A stretch of 64,000 nucleotides of DNA. Origin: Lingula anatina (taxonomy: Eukaryota; Animalia; Brachiopoda). The notes under the pieces were generated by a model that saw only the letters and a list, made by a program, of their open reading frames with translations, had not been told where the DNA came from and ran no database searches. This document shows, in pieces, positions 12,890 through 24,600 of this stretch. Where the stretch lies: positions 21,142,001 through 21,206,000 of the forward strand of contig CM120645.1 of the NCBI GenBank assembly GCA_051362555.1, written 5' to 3'. Position numbers and translations under genes: made by a program. Each line of letters starts with the position of its first letter. The first letter of the stretch is position 1.

Positions 12890-13869
12890 CACCTTACCTT
12901 CAAACTTGACTAGCACACCAGACTGTGTGTAACCGACATCTACATCTTTCTCAGTAATATTTCCCACATCCAGTGCAAGACGGACATCTTTATCTGTCTG
13001 TTTCCACTGAAGAAGTTTTACTGCAATAAAAGAATAATAGATTTAATAGATGAGATTCCATATTACGCTAAAAAATAAAGAGACAGACAGACCACAAATT
13101 AACACAATAAAGATTTGCTAATAAAATAATAAAGTTCTACGATTTGTACATGATTAAATAACAATAGCAATATATACTAGTATAAATCATTTGAAATGAT
13201 CTATACCTGTTGTTGCTACTGCAATAATTAAAGATAACTGATAAAAAATCAAAAAGTGCATTGGGAAAAACATGCTGCTTACATACATCTGTGTATGAAA
13301 TGAAATGTCTTATGATTACCTGTCATTTCAAAAGTGAAGTATCTGTATCAAACACAAAAGGCCCACAAATAATCACTCTGAAGTAAGACATCATCAGTGT
13401 AAAGACAGTGTTATGGTCTGTGCATGGGGGGGGGGGAGTGATTTCCATTTCGTCAGAAAATGAAAGTGAAGAAATAAGAAGACTGGGAAATGTTCCTTTT
13501 TCAATTTTCGTTTCAAAATTAAAAATAGAAAAATCAGAAGCAAAATACTTCAAAAATTAACTTATGTTTAAATCTAGCACATTCTGATTTTTTCTGATAA
13601 TACCTAGATTTTTAATCTTATGACAAAATGGAAATCACATTCCCCACCATACACAGACCCGCAACACACCATCAATAACAAGTTTTGAAAAACAAGTAAT
13701 GAATCGGCTGCAAGCAATTGGTTTATTTACCGTTTTCCGGGCTATCGATTCCCTTCTCATTCTTTCTGTCTTGGTTTTTGACCATGCTGCCTCCGCTGTC
13801 AAAAGCTGGCGCGGCAGCACCGTCTCCGCAGGCAGATCGGCGTTGTGATTTTTTGTTGTGGGATGGCAT
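1..13869 (-). CDS. USP19: Ubiquitin carboxyl-terminal hydrolase 19-like (two CS/p23 domains + USP catalytic domain), multi-exon, 3' part outside the window. Exons: 13869-13731, 13020-12898, 12752-12625, 12393-12175, 11361-11258, 5220-5149, 4790-4681, 4588-4360, 3902-3746, 3425-3292, 2901-2809, 2571-2506, 2103-1993, 1508-1398, 943-860, 536-442, 46-<1
   Basis: USP Cys-box [76 protein letters not shown]. Upstream CS-like segments ([13 protein letters not shown]; [19 protein letters not shown]...VELSLKKK). All introns GT-AG. Start codon uncertain (ATG 13869, or upstream in-frame ATG 14007). Confidence 0.9.
3227..3262. repeat. (TG)n microsatellite
   Basis: Direct reading. Confidence 0.95.
5559..6389 (+). 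CDS. LINE ORF1p (coiled coil + L1-type RRM/CTD), 276 aa
   Basis: Heptad-rich N-terminal half, then [16 protein letters not shown]...VHRIPG...PRPIILRV...ADDVT motifs typical of L1-type ORF1; lies directly upstream of ORF2. Confidence 0.9.
   Translation: MSSKHTKNTKKGEPTPKRTHSEVSNTSAEENNSIILAELEEIKSYMKDMINKDELKELVTTLVTEMLKEMKKEMGSQINNMREKLDFLEFENKNLTENIARKDKDLLKLKEEIKDLTKLSLEADKRSNYNEQYSRKNNIKIYGIKEETKENTKSVVRDTLKEVAQITLRDDDILAVHRIPGAKTQQPRPIILRVNNTETKAKIMRCRRAMKTSRQNLRLADDVTKKNAQLIQRLVSHPEIDQAWYFNGSVYGRPKDSTKRVKFDLHDDINLKIRNA
6708..10472 (+). CDS. LINE ORF2p: APE endonuclease + reverse transcriptase + C-terminal Cys/His motif, 1254 aa
   Basis: SLNVRGL, LQET, GGDFN, TDH (APE); [37 protein letters not shown] (RT); CINC...HRFVEC. 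Confidence 0.97.
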   Translation: MSFDFSILSLNVRGLNNFKKRKGVFRWLHKRPENVFLLQETYSSQKVEKLWRAQWGGKVWYNHGTGHSKGVMILFKNNIEYDIIDTVTDPDGRLLGVKIKIGTSTFLMCNIYAPNQINEQVEFYRFLYKELAKYESDYVIIGGDFNCTLSKLDKHGGLSTHIKDKVIHEIQTIMKKYHLNDTWRKFHGAERRYTWKNSESKISCRLDYWITSNELIENCFIEKAEILYAPYTDHDAISLFLKTKDVTVRGRGFWKHNNTLLGDERYINEMKIVINEAKNRYNYLEDRGLAFDMITMEIRQFSIKFSKQKSKQHRENERDIWKKINALQAEIDNQFNKEKAKELEKLKTEYDLILEAKTEGAIMRSKVRWYEKGERNTNYFINLEKRNRVRNTITKLEINDTLTVTNDKDILQEQEKFYENLYTSQNTTFNERISNKFFNVQNIPQIPNDLKIACEGKLTINECKNALKELTKKKNKTPGVDGLSAEFYMKFWEELGEEMADCLNFAFETGQLNISQRQGIITLIPKKDKDRHRLENWRPISLLSVSYKIAAKALAKRMEMTLPTIINKNQTGYVKKRYIGENIRLIWDLMYSTKRQNKEGVAIFLDFKKAFDCIEWEFIKKCLKIFNFGPDFIQWFDIMYANASSCITNNGYSSRFFSITRGVRQGCPLSGPLFVLAVEILACAIRADPSIRGITIDRHEHKLCQYADDTTLFLNDVGSAKNALKLISEFKQISGLELNLSKSEALWLGSNRFNDEKPLGLLWPDRPIKALGIHFSYDYESCRFLDFDSKVDQIEKLLNLWSSRDLTWIGKIQILKTLGLAKLVYANTVLETPNDIILRIDASFKKFLWNDKKPKLKQNTLIAPKSKGGLNLTHVPSHVRSLKASMVKRIMLADNDDPWVINILKYLRSVGGKLIFSCNYELKNINISDIPPFYVAMLDAWSDVIQTDPNNASDIKKQIIWNNRFILVNKKSIYLRHWSKAGVNYMQDIININGEFISLEEIINQHNFDIKLPNFLEYEKVKKSIPISWLRKLRENAETVDNTDSDEIVWTLASTKTIYDKLIERNVINLPTASLHLIKSGVSENDWQRVFLIPFESVKETQLQIMQYRIIHNVLYTNSTLFKMKIVTSPGCINCHMKETIIHRFVECVRARNFWIAFENWWNIPNNTIHFRKNEKTIMYGCLSSDQRVKALNFCIIVAKQFINKNSENPSVYDFELFLHFLSQKKKIEKYIAIKTGKEDRFNTKWKRIPTITC
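11387..11559. mobile_element. MITE in a USP19 intron
   Basis: TIRs CTGGGGTAACGCTA / TAGCGCTACCCCAG; internal inverted ttagccaa/ttggctaa motifs; TSD not cleanly resolved. Confidence 0.7.
12834..12886. repeat. (GT)n microsatellite
   Basis: Direct reading. Confidence 0.95.
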
Positions 13870-14104
13870 GATCGACTCCTCTATGTCAATCCCTACTTCA
13901 AGCGCCGAGCGCTTCCTCTTCCGTCCCGTGGACGCTATGTTTACCAACAAAAATTGTCTCAAGATCTCACCTCCGAAAAGACAAAAAAATTCAGAGGTGA
14001 AGGTCATGTGTGCTTTATCCAAGCAAAAACAGGAACAGAAATCAACGTAGGGAAATGACCAATCAAATCGTCCCTCTCATAAGAATAAGGTTACTAAATA
14101 CAAC
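13870..14104. promoter_or_regulatory. Compact bidirectional promoter/5'UTR region between USP19-like and CBLL1
   Basis: Divergent first coding exons only ~235 bp apart; locally CpG-richer; CCAAT at 14059-14063. Confidence 0.65.
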
Positions 14105-17100
14105 ATGGAGGGAGAAGGTATGTTTCTTTACAAAGACCCGTCTATATTTTCATTTTCACTCAGTTACACGGAAGCTATTGTCTTCAAAATATTTAAGAAC
14201 AATTTGTATTTCAAACAGAATCTGCAATTACACAGAAGGAATCGGTAGTACTAGAGAATGCAGAGTGCATAGCCTAACATAACCAAGCCGGCATTTTCAA
14301 GTTTCAATTTTAGTCGGTCTGGGAGGAGGGGGCTCATTTTACGCTGATTAAGGCTTTGTGCTGAGGTAATGGGGTGGGGGGGGGGGAGGGGGCGCATAAT
14401 CGGAGTGGGGGGGAGGCTTATGGATGGAAAGATCATCCATAGCTAAATGTGAATGTCATTGGTTTATATGAAGAAACACACCAGTGATCAAATATGTGTT
14501 TATTTTAATTTTTAGAATTCTCATTTGACTGTCACCTGTATTGGTAAATGAACCCAAGTACATGAGCATATAGCAATAATAGTAAATGGAGCATACTTTG
14601 AAATTTTTTAAAAATTCAATCAATTAATACTGAACTCTTTTGATCTGCTGAAATTGCATTACAGTAATTATCCCTTACTGGCAAAATAGGCTTTCAGTAA
14701 TGTTGCAGTTGATAAATGTATTACTGGTAGACTGGTTTGCTGTTCTAATGTCATTTTATGTGGTTGCTGCATTCATTCAACAATCATAGAGAGATCTGAC
14801 CATGGAATGTAGTATCCCATTGCTATGAGGCTAGGGGAGGGGGGTGGTGGTCCAGTGTGTACTTCATTGAATCAGCAATGATATTTCACATCCTTTCAGA
14901 ACTGGAGTTAGAGTCAGAAGAGGGAGCCTCAGCAGGCTCCAGCGTTGAATCAGTCCGTAAGAATATTTCACTCAAACTGAAAGGAAAAACAAAAGCCAGG
15001 AGATCCGATCCCAAGCCCAAGCCTGTCCAGCACCCTCCTCCTGCCCTTGAGCCAGTAGGTGGACAGAGTGACCAGTTGATGTCCCCAACTGGCCATGGAA
15101 GTGAAGGAGAGCCTGACTCACCATTTGAGCAGAAAACAAGGTGGAATCACAAGGTTGGTTTTGTGGTATATTGTGTATAAACATGTTTCAATGAAGCCCC
15201 CATCTGAATCATCATGCAGAGTGTAGAAGATGATAAAAACTTTTTTTCTAAATGTTTTTCTTGTATTTTGGCTATGTTTCCCCCTTAAGTGCCTTACTGT
15301 ATTTCTGCTTTACTTCAAATTTGCTGAGTGATTTGACTTTCCTGTCTAGTTTGTGAAGATAAAAAGATGCTATCATTTATGTTATAGTACTGAAAGTGAT
15401 ATTCAATATTTATCAACTCAGCCTTTTCTCTTTGTCAAAACAATTTTGTGTAAGGTGTCAGTAGCTAAAATGAAATTTTAATAAGTCAAAAAGAAGATGT
15501 CAGCTTTACATTATTATAATTTTTCATTAAGTTTTAAACAAACCAAGAAACAAAAATTCAAAGCTATAATTTCATGTTTTTTTTATTTCAATATGTTTTT
15601 AATAAGCCAAATTACAAGGAAGTTGTGAACGTGTCATAAATTTTTTCTCAACTTTTTTGTATTTTTTCAACTTTTTTGTTAATACTGCAGTGTACATAGG
15701 ACTGAACTGCACTGCATTCTAAAATGTCTAAAATTCTCATATTGCTTCTTATTTCCTCCAAGCAGAAGTATGAATTTTGCACTTAAGCTTGCATAAAAAT
15801 GGAAATAAATTATGATACAACACTGGAATAATGTGTATGACGATATTCACAAACCCAACCTGGGCGGCGGGGGCTAGAGGTACTAACAAGTCATCATCAA
15901 ATGGCATGAGTTTCTTGGTGTTATACTTCCTTATAATTATTGTACCACCAGCGCGAGTACTGAAGGGTACACATCATAATTTTATCTCTATACCATCTTG
16001 TTTGCCACTACAAGCCACAGTTACCACACTTCCTCATAAAAGATATAATGAGTTTTTTTATGTATTGTGTAATGAATTGCACTTCTTTAATTCTTTTCAG
16101 GTCAACTTAATTGGAGAGAAAGTGGTTGACCCATTGATTCACTGTTGTGATAAATGTGATCTTCCTATTCTGATATATGGCAGAATGGTAAGTACAGCTT
16201 AAGTTTAAAGTCTCAGTTACAATTATAGTTTCCTCAAACAACAACTAAATTCATGGTTATTAGACTCCAATATTTTCTTTCTTTATTTATTTAATTATTT
16301 ATTTTTGTATATAACCAGGTTGATAAATTCTTTACATATATATTAGAATGTTAAATTACCTAAGTAAGTACCTCTTTTGTAACCCCTAGAGTAGAAAAAG
16401 ATATAATTTCATAACAATGTCATACATAAAGTGAAATAGACAATGTATGTCATGAACTTGTCATGAACAGTAATAGAATTCTCTGAAATAACTTTGGCAT
16501 GCCAAGATTGTACTTTGCCTCATAAAATGCCTTTCTTTAAAATTTTTCAGATTCCTTGTAAGCACGTGTTTTGCTTTGATTGTGCAAAAAAGACAGACAA
16601 GAACTGTGCACGGTATGCATATACAGAAACTAATCACTCTTTTCAGTGGGGAAAAATTATCAATTTTCAGAAATTACTTTCTTTTGGAAGCATTTAAGTT
16701 TTTTTGTAGCATTTGTTATGCTTATACTGGATAGAAAGGAACTATAGGGCATCTTGCTCTTCAGTTTTGTTGCTAACTTTTAATGGGAATGTTCTCTAAG
16801 AATTTTTGACTTTATTTGAAATTTAAAAAATATACAATCTGTAAAATTCACAATTTTTCCTATTGAAAAGATGAGTCATTCCTTTATCATCAGAAATCTC
16901 TAGAAAAAGCTGTGCAAAGTTGATGGAACATCCATTTATTTCAAAATGCTTCATATTTACTGTAATTTTTTTAGACCTGTGTGTTTGTGTTTTTTTTTTC
17001 TTTTTTTAATTTGGGAAGTTTACATACTGTTGATTTCATTAACCTAAGCATGCCTTGTAATTTTTGGAATTAATAGATAAATTAATACATTTACTCCTTA

Positions 17101-18093
17101 CAAATGATATACACAACAGATTAACAAAATTTGACTAGCATGACTTCAGTTTTATGAGTATTTTTAGAAGGGCAAGTGGTAGTGTCAAAATTTGCTTTTT
17201 AATATCCATTTTGACTTTCCCGTCACAGATGTGATGACCCTGTCCAGCGTATAGAACAGTCAGCTTTGGGATCAGTATTTGTCTGTACATTTGGCGGAAC
17301 TAAACATGGAGTATCAGGTTGCCGACGCACCTATCTATCCCAGAGAGACCTCCAGGCACATGTCAATCATCGCCATCTTCGAGAGGGACAGCAGCCATCG
17401 CCCCACCAGGCTCCCCCCGTACAGGAGTACAGGCCCCCAGCAGAGACGATGCATGTCCCTCAAGCACCACAACATGTGGTCTATCACCAGCAGCCTCCCC
17501 CCGAGGACATGCACCGTCACCACAGTGGGGCCCACCAGCCGCAGCCACACCCCCAGGGCCCCCCTCCCCAGGCCCATCTCCCCCCACAACAGCACTTGCC
17601 CCATGGCAGACCTCCCCCTGTGAGCTCCCCATTGGAGTACAAGCCACATCACAGCACCTCGAGGACTAATCTAATCACTGTACAGATCCAAGACGAGGGA
17701 AGGGATAAGAGTAGGGGGCATTACGAACACAGCACAACAAACTTTCCCCCTCAGGGTCACACCCCTTCTAATTATCCACCCCCTGGGCATCAACCACAGC
17801 CCTATTATGCTCCCCCTCACCACGGGCCTCCCCCGACTACTGGACCCCCTCAGCGCACCCCCATGAGCCAGCCCCCACAGATGTCACAACCACCCCCCAT
17901 GTACACAACCAGCCACCCTGGGATGGCAGGGGGACCACCCCCACGACACGGACCACCCCCTCAGAGGTACCCCAGCCCACACCCCCAGTATGAGGAGGGG
18001 CCCATGACACCTCCTTGGAATCCTCCCCCACATTCAAGGGGTCCTCCCCCTCCTAGGGCAGGGGGTCCTCCTCATCAGCCCTACTACCAGTAG
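14105..18093 (+). CDS. CBLL1: E3 ubiquitin ligase Hakai (CBLL1). Exons 14105-14117, 14900-15153, 16101-16187, 16551-16612, 17229-18093
   Basis: [45 protein letters not shown] (RING), [10 protein letters not shown]...GSVFVC...[20 protein letters not shown] (HYB/C2H2), long Pro/His/Gln tail; phases consistent across GT-AG introns; AATAAA near 19001-19020. Confidence 0.93.
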
Positions 18094-19334
18094 TGTTATA
18101 ACAGGTTCTTAACTTTTTCAGTTCATCTGAAATCAAGGCTCATTGTTTAGACATGTTTCATTTGATTCTCACCTTTGAGAGGTATTCTCAGATTAGTGGA
18201 AAAAAGTTTTTAACATATGGATTTTAAACTTTGAGCAGTTTACAGAAGGTTCACAGAATGGTTAAACCTTGGATTATGGAGAGATTGACTCATTAATTTT
18301 TTTTCTCAGTGAAAATAATATTTTTTGTGAAAGATATTTACAGATCAAGAGAGATGCTCATGGCATCCCTTCTTTGATTTCTTACCATTTGAAAATTTGC
18401 TGAGAGAAGTGCAGTATTTTTTTCTTACCTTTATACCACCCAAGCCAAATCTTGGATTCATAATTTATTAATATTATAATAGCTTTATGGACAGGTCTTT
18501 TGAGTTTTTAGTAAAAGACGTGGACTGCATTCCACATCACATTTTTGTTATCACCAAAAAGTTTAGGTTTTGTATTCTTGCCAAACAAGCAGGATATGAA
18601 GAGTGTATGATTAGGTCAAAATGTCATTTGTTATTTTCAAATACAGTAGACTCTGCATAACAAGTAATATATAAAATGGATTTTTTATGTACGAATTTGT
18701 GAACATTGCCTTTGTCAAAGTCTTTTGTAACTTAAAAAAAATTTTGTTCCAAAGTGTCCAAGACGTGTAGTCTGCTGTATATATCTATGGTGAACATGCT
18801 GTTGCTATTATGCATGAAAAATCAAGACTAAAACGCAAATTTCATAGACCAAAACACCGTTTCCACTAGTTGTTAAATGTTCTAATAGGCCATTTAAACA
18901 AGCCTGCAGATGTTAGCTGATTCATTTTTACAATATTTCTAAATTTTGTAGTTCAGTGTTGTCTATACTGTGCCCTGGTTAAGATTTTCATTAAAAATAT
19001 AATAAAAAGATTGTAATAAAGAGTCATTTTTCTAAAATTACTTACTGATTGTAAGCACTCATCACTAAGTGACTTTCTAACTTTTTAAATTAATGTTGAA
19101 CAACTTTGTAGCAGTATTTCTGTTCTTAGTTTTAACTAGAATAAAAAATAGCATTCTTTATGTAAACCAAACAAAATTTATTATACCAAAGAATGAGTTA
19201 CATGAAGTGGTTAATAAATTCGACGATTGCTGATATTCTCTGCCAGAGTACATCTATGTGATAACGTCTGACTCATTGTTTTGCACAAATCTCCAGACTT
19301 TTCAAAATTATGCACAGCTGTGAATATCTGTGAT

Positions 19335-19491
19335 GGGGGCGTCTCGATAGTCCGAAGGTTCATTGGTCCGAAGGTTCATGGTCTGAAAAGTGGTAACATT
19401 TTCATCGATTTTTTAATCAAGGGTTCATTGGTCCGAAGGTTCTATAGTGAACATTCGGACCAAGGAACCTTCGGACTATCGCTACGGCCCT
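19335..19491. mobile_element. 157-bp MITE with ~38-bp repetitive TIRs and 8-bp TSD
   Basis: cgatagtccgaaggttcattggtccgaa / ttcggaccaaggaaccttcggactatcg; TCTGTGAT at 19327-19334 and 19492-19499. Confidence 0.8.
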
Positions 19492-21634
19492 TCTGTGATC
19501 ATCTTGTGAAAGATCTCTCTCTTAGGACGCTGGCAGACGATAGAGAATTGTTCTCGCTAAAATGTATAACCTCAAATATAAACAAGAATAATAAAGCGCG
19601 GAACTTTATTTGGGGGATCATTCAAAATTTGTGAAATAAGTTGTAGATTTATGATGTACGATTTTTGCGTTAAAATGTTTTAACGATATTTTTGTACGAA
19701 AACAATTGAAAATAACGTGGAGCATGAAATGGAACGCTACCAAAAAATGCGTTGAGATCAGAATGTGTTCGGTGAGAAAACACATTGGATGAGACGGAAA
19801 AGTCACACCTACAACATTTACTTGAACCGACACACGCTAATCCATCAGCTTTGTTATTCAAAAAATATTTTACTGAAATTGGTCTTGCACAGATAATGAT
19901 TAGATCATTGGCCCGATTAACCCTTGCCATTTTTGCACCTTAAATTTTACAGGAAATTGGATTGAACCGTCAGATGACTCAGCTGAATTTTATTTTTTTT
20001 AATAGGCTTATTTGATCAAAATTTTGTCGGTGTAGGTCCTTATAGTCAGGTGTCTGAAATTTGTGTCAAATGTCTGCAATTTGGCCATTTCTCACTTCTG
20101 ATACAAAGGAACTGTATACTGCTTGTTATGAACAAATCCTGCGACGTTTTATTGACAATATCCACTCAAGCCGTTAACGAGTTCAAGCTTAGTGCATTAA
20201 GAGAATGTGTAGTAAACAAAGCACCTGTGATTTACGTGTATATATTTTCAATTGGGTTAGACTACTGCCCTTAATTATGCATGCTCTGATTGCCTATTCA
20301 TTGTTATGGTCCGTTCAGTGTCAATCTCGATAATTAAGTGTATCGATCGTTTTCGAATGTCTGGACACTGGCACAGTGACTGCCCGATACCAAGGCCAAG
20401 GCCTATTTTTTGTGCGCGTTTCTTTTAATACGACCAACTGTGATATAATGTACATCATTACGTGCCCTTTCCAAAGCCCTCGAGTGACCAGTAGGAGTAG
20501 CGAGCGACGTCGTGAATACACAACCCAAAACAACTTTTGTCACATTCGATTATGCAAGAGAGCGTTTGTTTAGCTATTGTGTGTGAGATGCTTACTTAGT
20601 CCGTTGTTGTTCTCGTTGTCATGACCATAACCGGTAAACATCGGCAATACAATACTCCAGTCTGTTTACCTTGAAGAATACCACCTGATTTGTTTAAAGT
20701 TGGCTGTATAGGGCTTAACAGCAGGCCTTGCGATGACCGTTCGACTCACCTGTCGCTTAATGAGTTTTTTCTTTGTGGTGAGAAATGTGAAATTTAAAAC
20801 GGGGACGGAGCACCTCGTGTAGGCCTATTTATCACGTGATACATTAAACAGATATAGATAAGTGCAAGCAAACTAAATACAATTTGGGAAGGGGTAAATT
20901 GTTTTGTTTTTTTATCTTTTGAATCAGATGTCACTGCACAGAAGAAATTCAAAATTAAACAAAAAATGTGTAGACTATTTTTATTAGAAAAAAATGCACT
21001 TTGAGGATTTATACAAAAATTAAAGAACGTTACTCTGTCTTTTTCTACGTTTTTCCCCTTATGCGTCTTTAAGATTTATCAACGTAATAATAAAAGTGTT
21101 ATATTTTTCAAATTGTCCCTCTCGGAAATTACTCTTAGAGCAGCCAAGAAAATCGATTCCCTCCTATCAGATCCTGTCACGCATCGACTAAATGCCCAAA
21201 CACCTTTTCAATGTCAACGTGCATGTATGCCCTTCCAGTGAGGCAGGATCCGATTATGTAACCTCTATTGCTTCTTTCATGTTTACTTAGAATCGTGCTA
21301 CAAAACCAATTCACTGTTCACAACACTGTTTGCCGTTCACCATTCTTGAATTCATCGGTCCATTATAATGCGACGGTACGCTTAACGCTGAAACGCACAG
21401 TGTCACATTAGTTTGAGTGAAGATCGAGGTCTGGTGGCTAACCTTTTAGTTGTCACTGGGCAGTTTTCTACTACCAAACGCAGCTCTGTCCGATCCGAGA
21501 GAATTCCGCTTGGGATTCTTCATGACGAAACGGACATCTTAATTGGAAAATTACCTATTCCGACAGACATCTGAAAGGGACGATTATACCCGAGAACCGA
21601 AGAAATCAAAACGAACCATCCTACCGAAGGTGAA

Positions 21635-24600
21635 ATGGTAAGCATTATAGTAGCATCTTCGGGCGTTTTGGCCCTCATAACTAAGTCCAATTCGTCTGTC
21701 ATGTCAAACTTCTTATCAATACATATGGTATATGAGTTTAATAATACACTGTATTGTAAAATTACAGTAGTAATGCATTACTGAAACATACAAAGGCAAA
21801 TTACTATCGTCCTTCTGGGTATTATGTAATCGGCAGACATGTTGGAAACGCAGAAACTGGAAATGCCAATTGCAAAAAAATGTCCTCACGCGCATGTATT
21901 TCTCATAAAAATGATTTTAGTGGTAAGAAGACAATTAAATAAAAAGCCCTCTCCCTTTGCAAGAAGTGACTCCTTAAGCTCCAAAGAGCCATTCGCGTGA
22001 AATTTGATCCTCTGTGGGACACTTATGGATAAGGGCCCATAGTTGTCTGCACCTTCAACTTGTCATCCAAATGCCCACTTCTTGGCCTAATAGGCTACAG
22101 AAATCTACTATTGAAACCCTTCATTATAGAATGCGCTCGCTTATTTTATTTAACTTTTTTGTTTATTATATATATATATGCGTAGATTTATTTTATAGTA
22201 ATGAAGTGTTTTCATATTTATGTGGGGAATACTGCATTTTTCCTACTTTGTACAGCCAGTAGACCGCGGAAAGTTATTCGTACGAATAAAAATGATATAC
22301 AAAGTGAATGAGAAAAGTCTTTGAATTTAGGACAAAATTTCCACTTGTCAGATCTGAATGGGTAACTCCATTTTTTTTTTTTTTTTTTTTTTTGAAAATC
22401 CTATCTTTTGGCTATTCCGACACTAACCGTAATTGTTACTTTTCTCTTACCGATGGCTAACTTCGCAGACTGCGGTGCACGTAAATTACCATTTTTTTTT
22501 TTTTGCTAATGTTATCCCTTTTTGAAATATCTAATGTGATTATATTAAAAACTAGTGATGCATGGATTATGTGTTTATTATATATTTTTACCGTTTTCTT
22601 TTTATTTATCATTTTTATGTTTTTTTTTCGGGGGGGGGGGGGGTTAGGGAAGGAACTGCCTTAATTAATTATCATTGTAGTAACTTTGAACGCATCAAAA
22701 TACAGAAATGGAATGCATATTTGAACTGCAGTTGATAGTAGCAGTTTGCAAGGGTTGACGCTATTAGGGTTTCAAAAAATACTAACCTTAATTATTTAAA
22801 ATATGCAAAAACTAAAACACATGTAGTATGACACCAACAAGCATAGAAAAAGAAAAATCGTAGATTACAAAATTCGCGATAAACGTGTAAAAGTTCATGC
22901 GGACATTCCCATGTCTGCGGTGCACTTATTACGAAATTTTCTTTCCAATAACTTCTAGTCATCATCCATAATATTAGATAATTACATGCACAATTTTCGA
23001 AAATAAATTATAACTATTTTTTCATCATATTCATCGAGTAAGCAAAAAACGCAGACACTAGGGTTAATTAGAATTTCTTTCATACACTGAGATATGTAAT
23101 AGGTCAGGCAGTGCAGTCGATACAATCCAATGCAATTCCAATGACATCCTTTTTAAAATATTCATAAATTCTCTGAGAGCGCCAGTAAGTTCACTTAGTT
23201 CATCAATACCTGTCGCTATTTGAATCGGATAAATTCATATATATTTTCCGTTATGTTTCTTCGTCCACGATGCAACAGTGCTTTTTCAATTACTGTTTAT
23301 AAATTAAATAATCAATTAATTAATTAATAATTACAAAGACATCTGGGAACAGACTCAAAGTAATGTTAAAATGTAATCTTAATGTTAAAATATTCTTTTT
23401 CAATTACATTCTGTTGCTTATAAACGTTTATGATTTATCCCTATATTGGTGTAATTTTTCAACAAACCGTTTTCAATAGATTGTGATGATAACTGGAGAC
23501 AAAGTATAACCCTGGAAGTGATCCACTTCATCGCGGCATAGTTTACATATTGACACACAAATTGACACAACGATTATCCACCGCCGACAAAGCATAACAA
23601 GTGTGCACAACCAGCCGAAATAACAAAGAGTTCGCCGTTGTTTGTAATTAACAGGTCATATATCGACAGTTCCATGATTTTTGGGATGCAGTGTGTGGGG
23701 ACGAGGTGGGGTAGGCGTGATTGTCTATTTTAGTTCGGATGCGCTCGGTATTATGTGTTCGCAAACGAAAAATATTTGTTAGGGCTGATAATCTGGTAAC
23801 ACCCTTGTAAACCCCGCCACAATAAATGAATAAATAAAATTATATCCCACCCTTTTTTTTCAACCAAGTCAGCCATAAGATCTGGGGGAAGGGATAAAGG
23901 ACCCTGTCAACTTTTCAAAAGCTATTCATAAATATGTATTTTTCTCGATGCTCAATATCACAACGTCAGTTTCAAATCACCATACCTTTAAAATACTCAC
24001 CCAAATTGCAAATCTTAACTTGAATAAATATTTTATCTGCTTATGCAGTATGTGAAAATGTACAAAAATAATATTGTCTATACATCCTGCAAAGCTACTT
24101 ATCTTTTCCATTTCAGATCTTTAAAACGAAAAGTTCCTAATATAAACGTACATTATGTCCATATGTCTGAAATGTATGGAAAGACATAAATTGTTTACGG
24201 AGTAGCACATGTACATCGAACCCAAATGCAGGGACCGATCGAACAATGATTAATAAGCAGGATTACTAGTTAATACTTTTTTCGAGGCAACTTCAATTCA
24301 GCGGGATAAATTCTGGATAGGATACCTTAAACTCTTCATGCCAATGCATTAAGAACAACACTCGCTTAACTAAGTCATGCTCGCGGACTCCTAGTCTCCA
24401 ATTATCGTTGAAGTAGAAAGAAACTCTTCCTTCTTTTCATCAAACCCAAATGAAAATCACGTATACTGATAAAGTAACCACAACTTTATGGAAATAAAAC
24501 ATTGATTAAAAAGATCAAATTTTAAATATTTTCCTTTATTGATATCACCAAAACATTGCGCCAGAAAGTTAATCGTTGAATAGTTTACTTCACAATATTA

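Noticed and set aside
15850-16025. Compositionally distinct segment in CBLL1 intron 2, possible snoRNA or TE fragment
   Set aside because: No convincing C/D or H/ACA boxes, TIRs or TSD by eye; needs an Infernal/repeat search.
17279-18037. Multiple overlapping ORFs over the CBLL1 last exon
   Set aside because: GC-rich Pro-coding sequence lacks stops in other frames.
19500-21500. Short ORFs (e.g. 19670-19930 MARVNR...) as a possible extra gene
   Set aside because: No recognisable motifs or consistent exon chain; probably promoter or old TE sequence.
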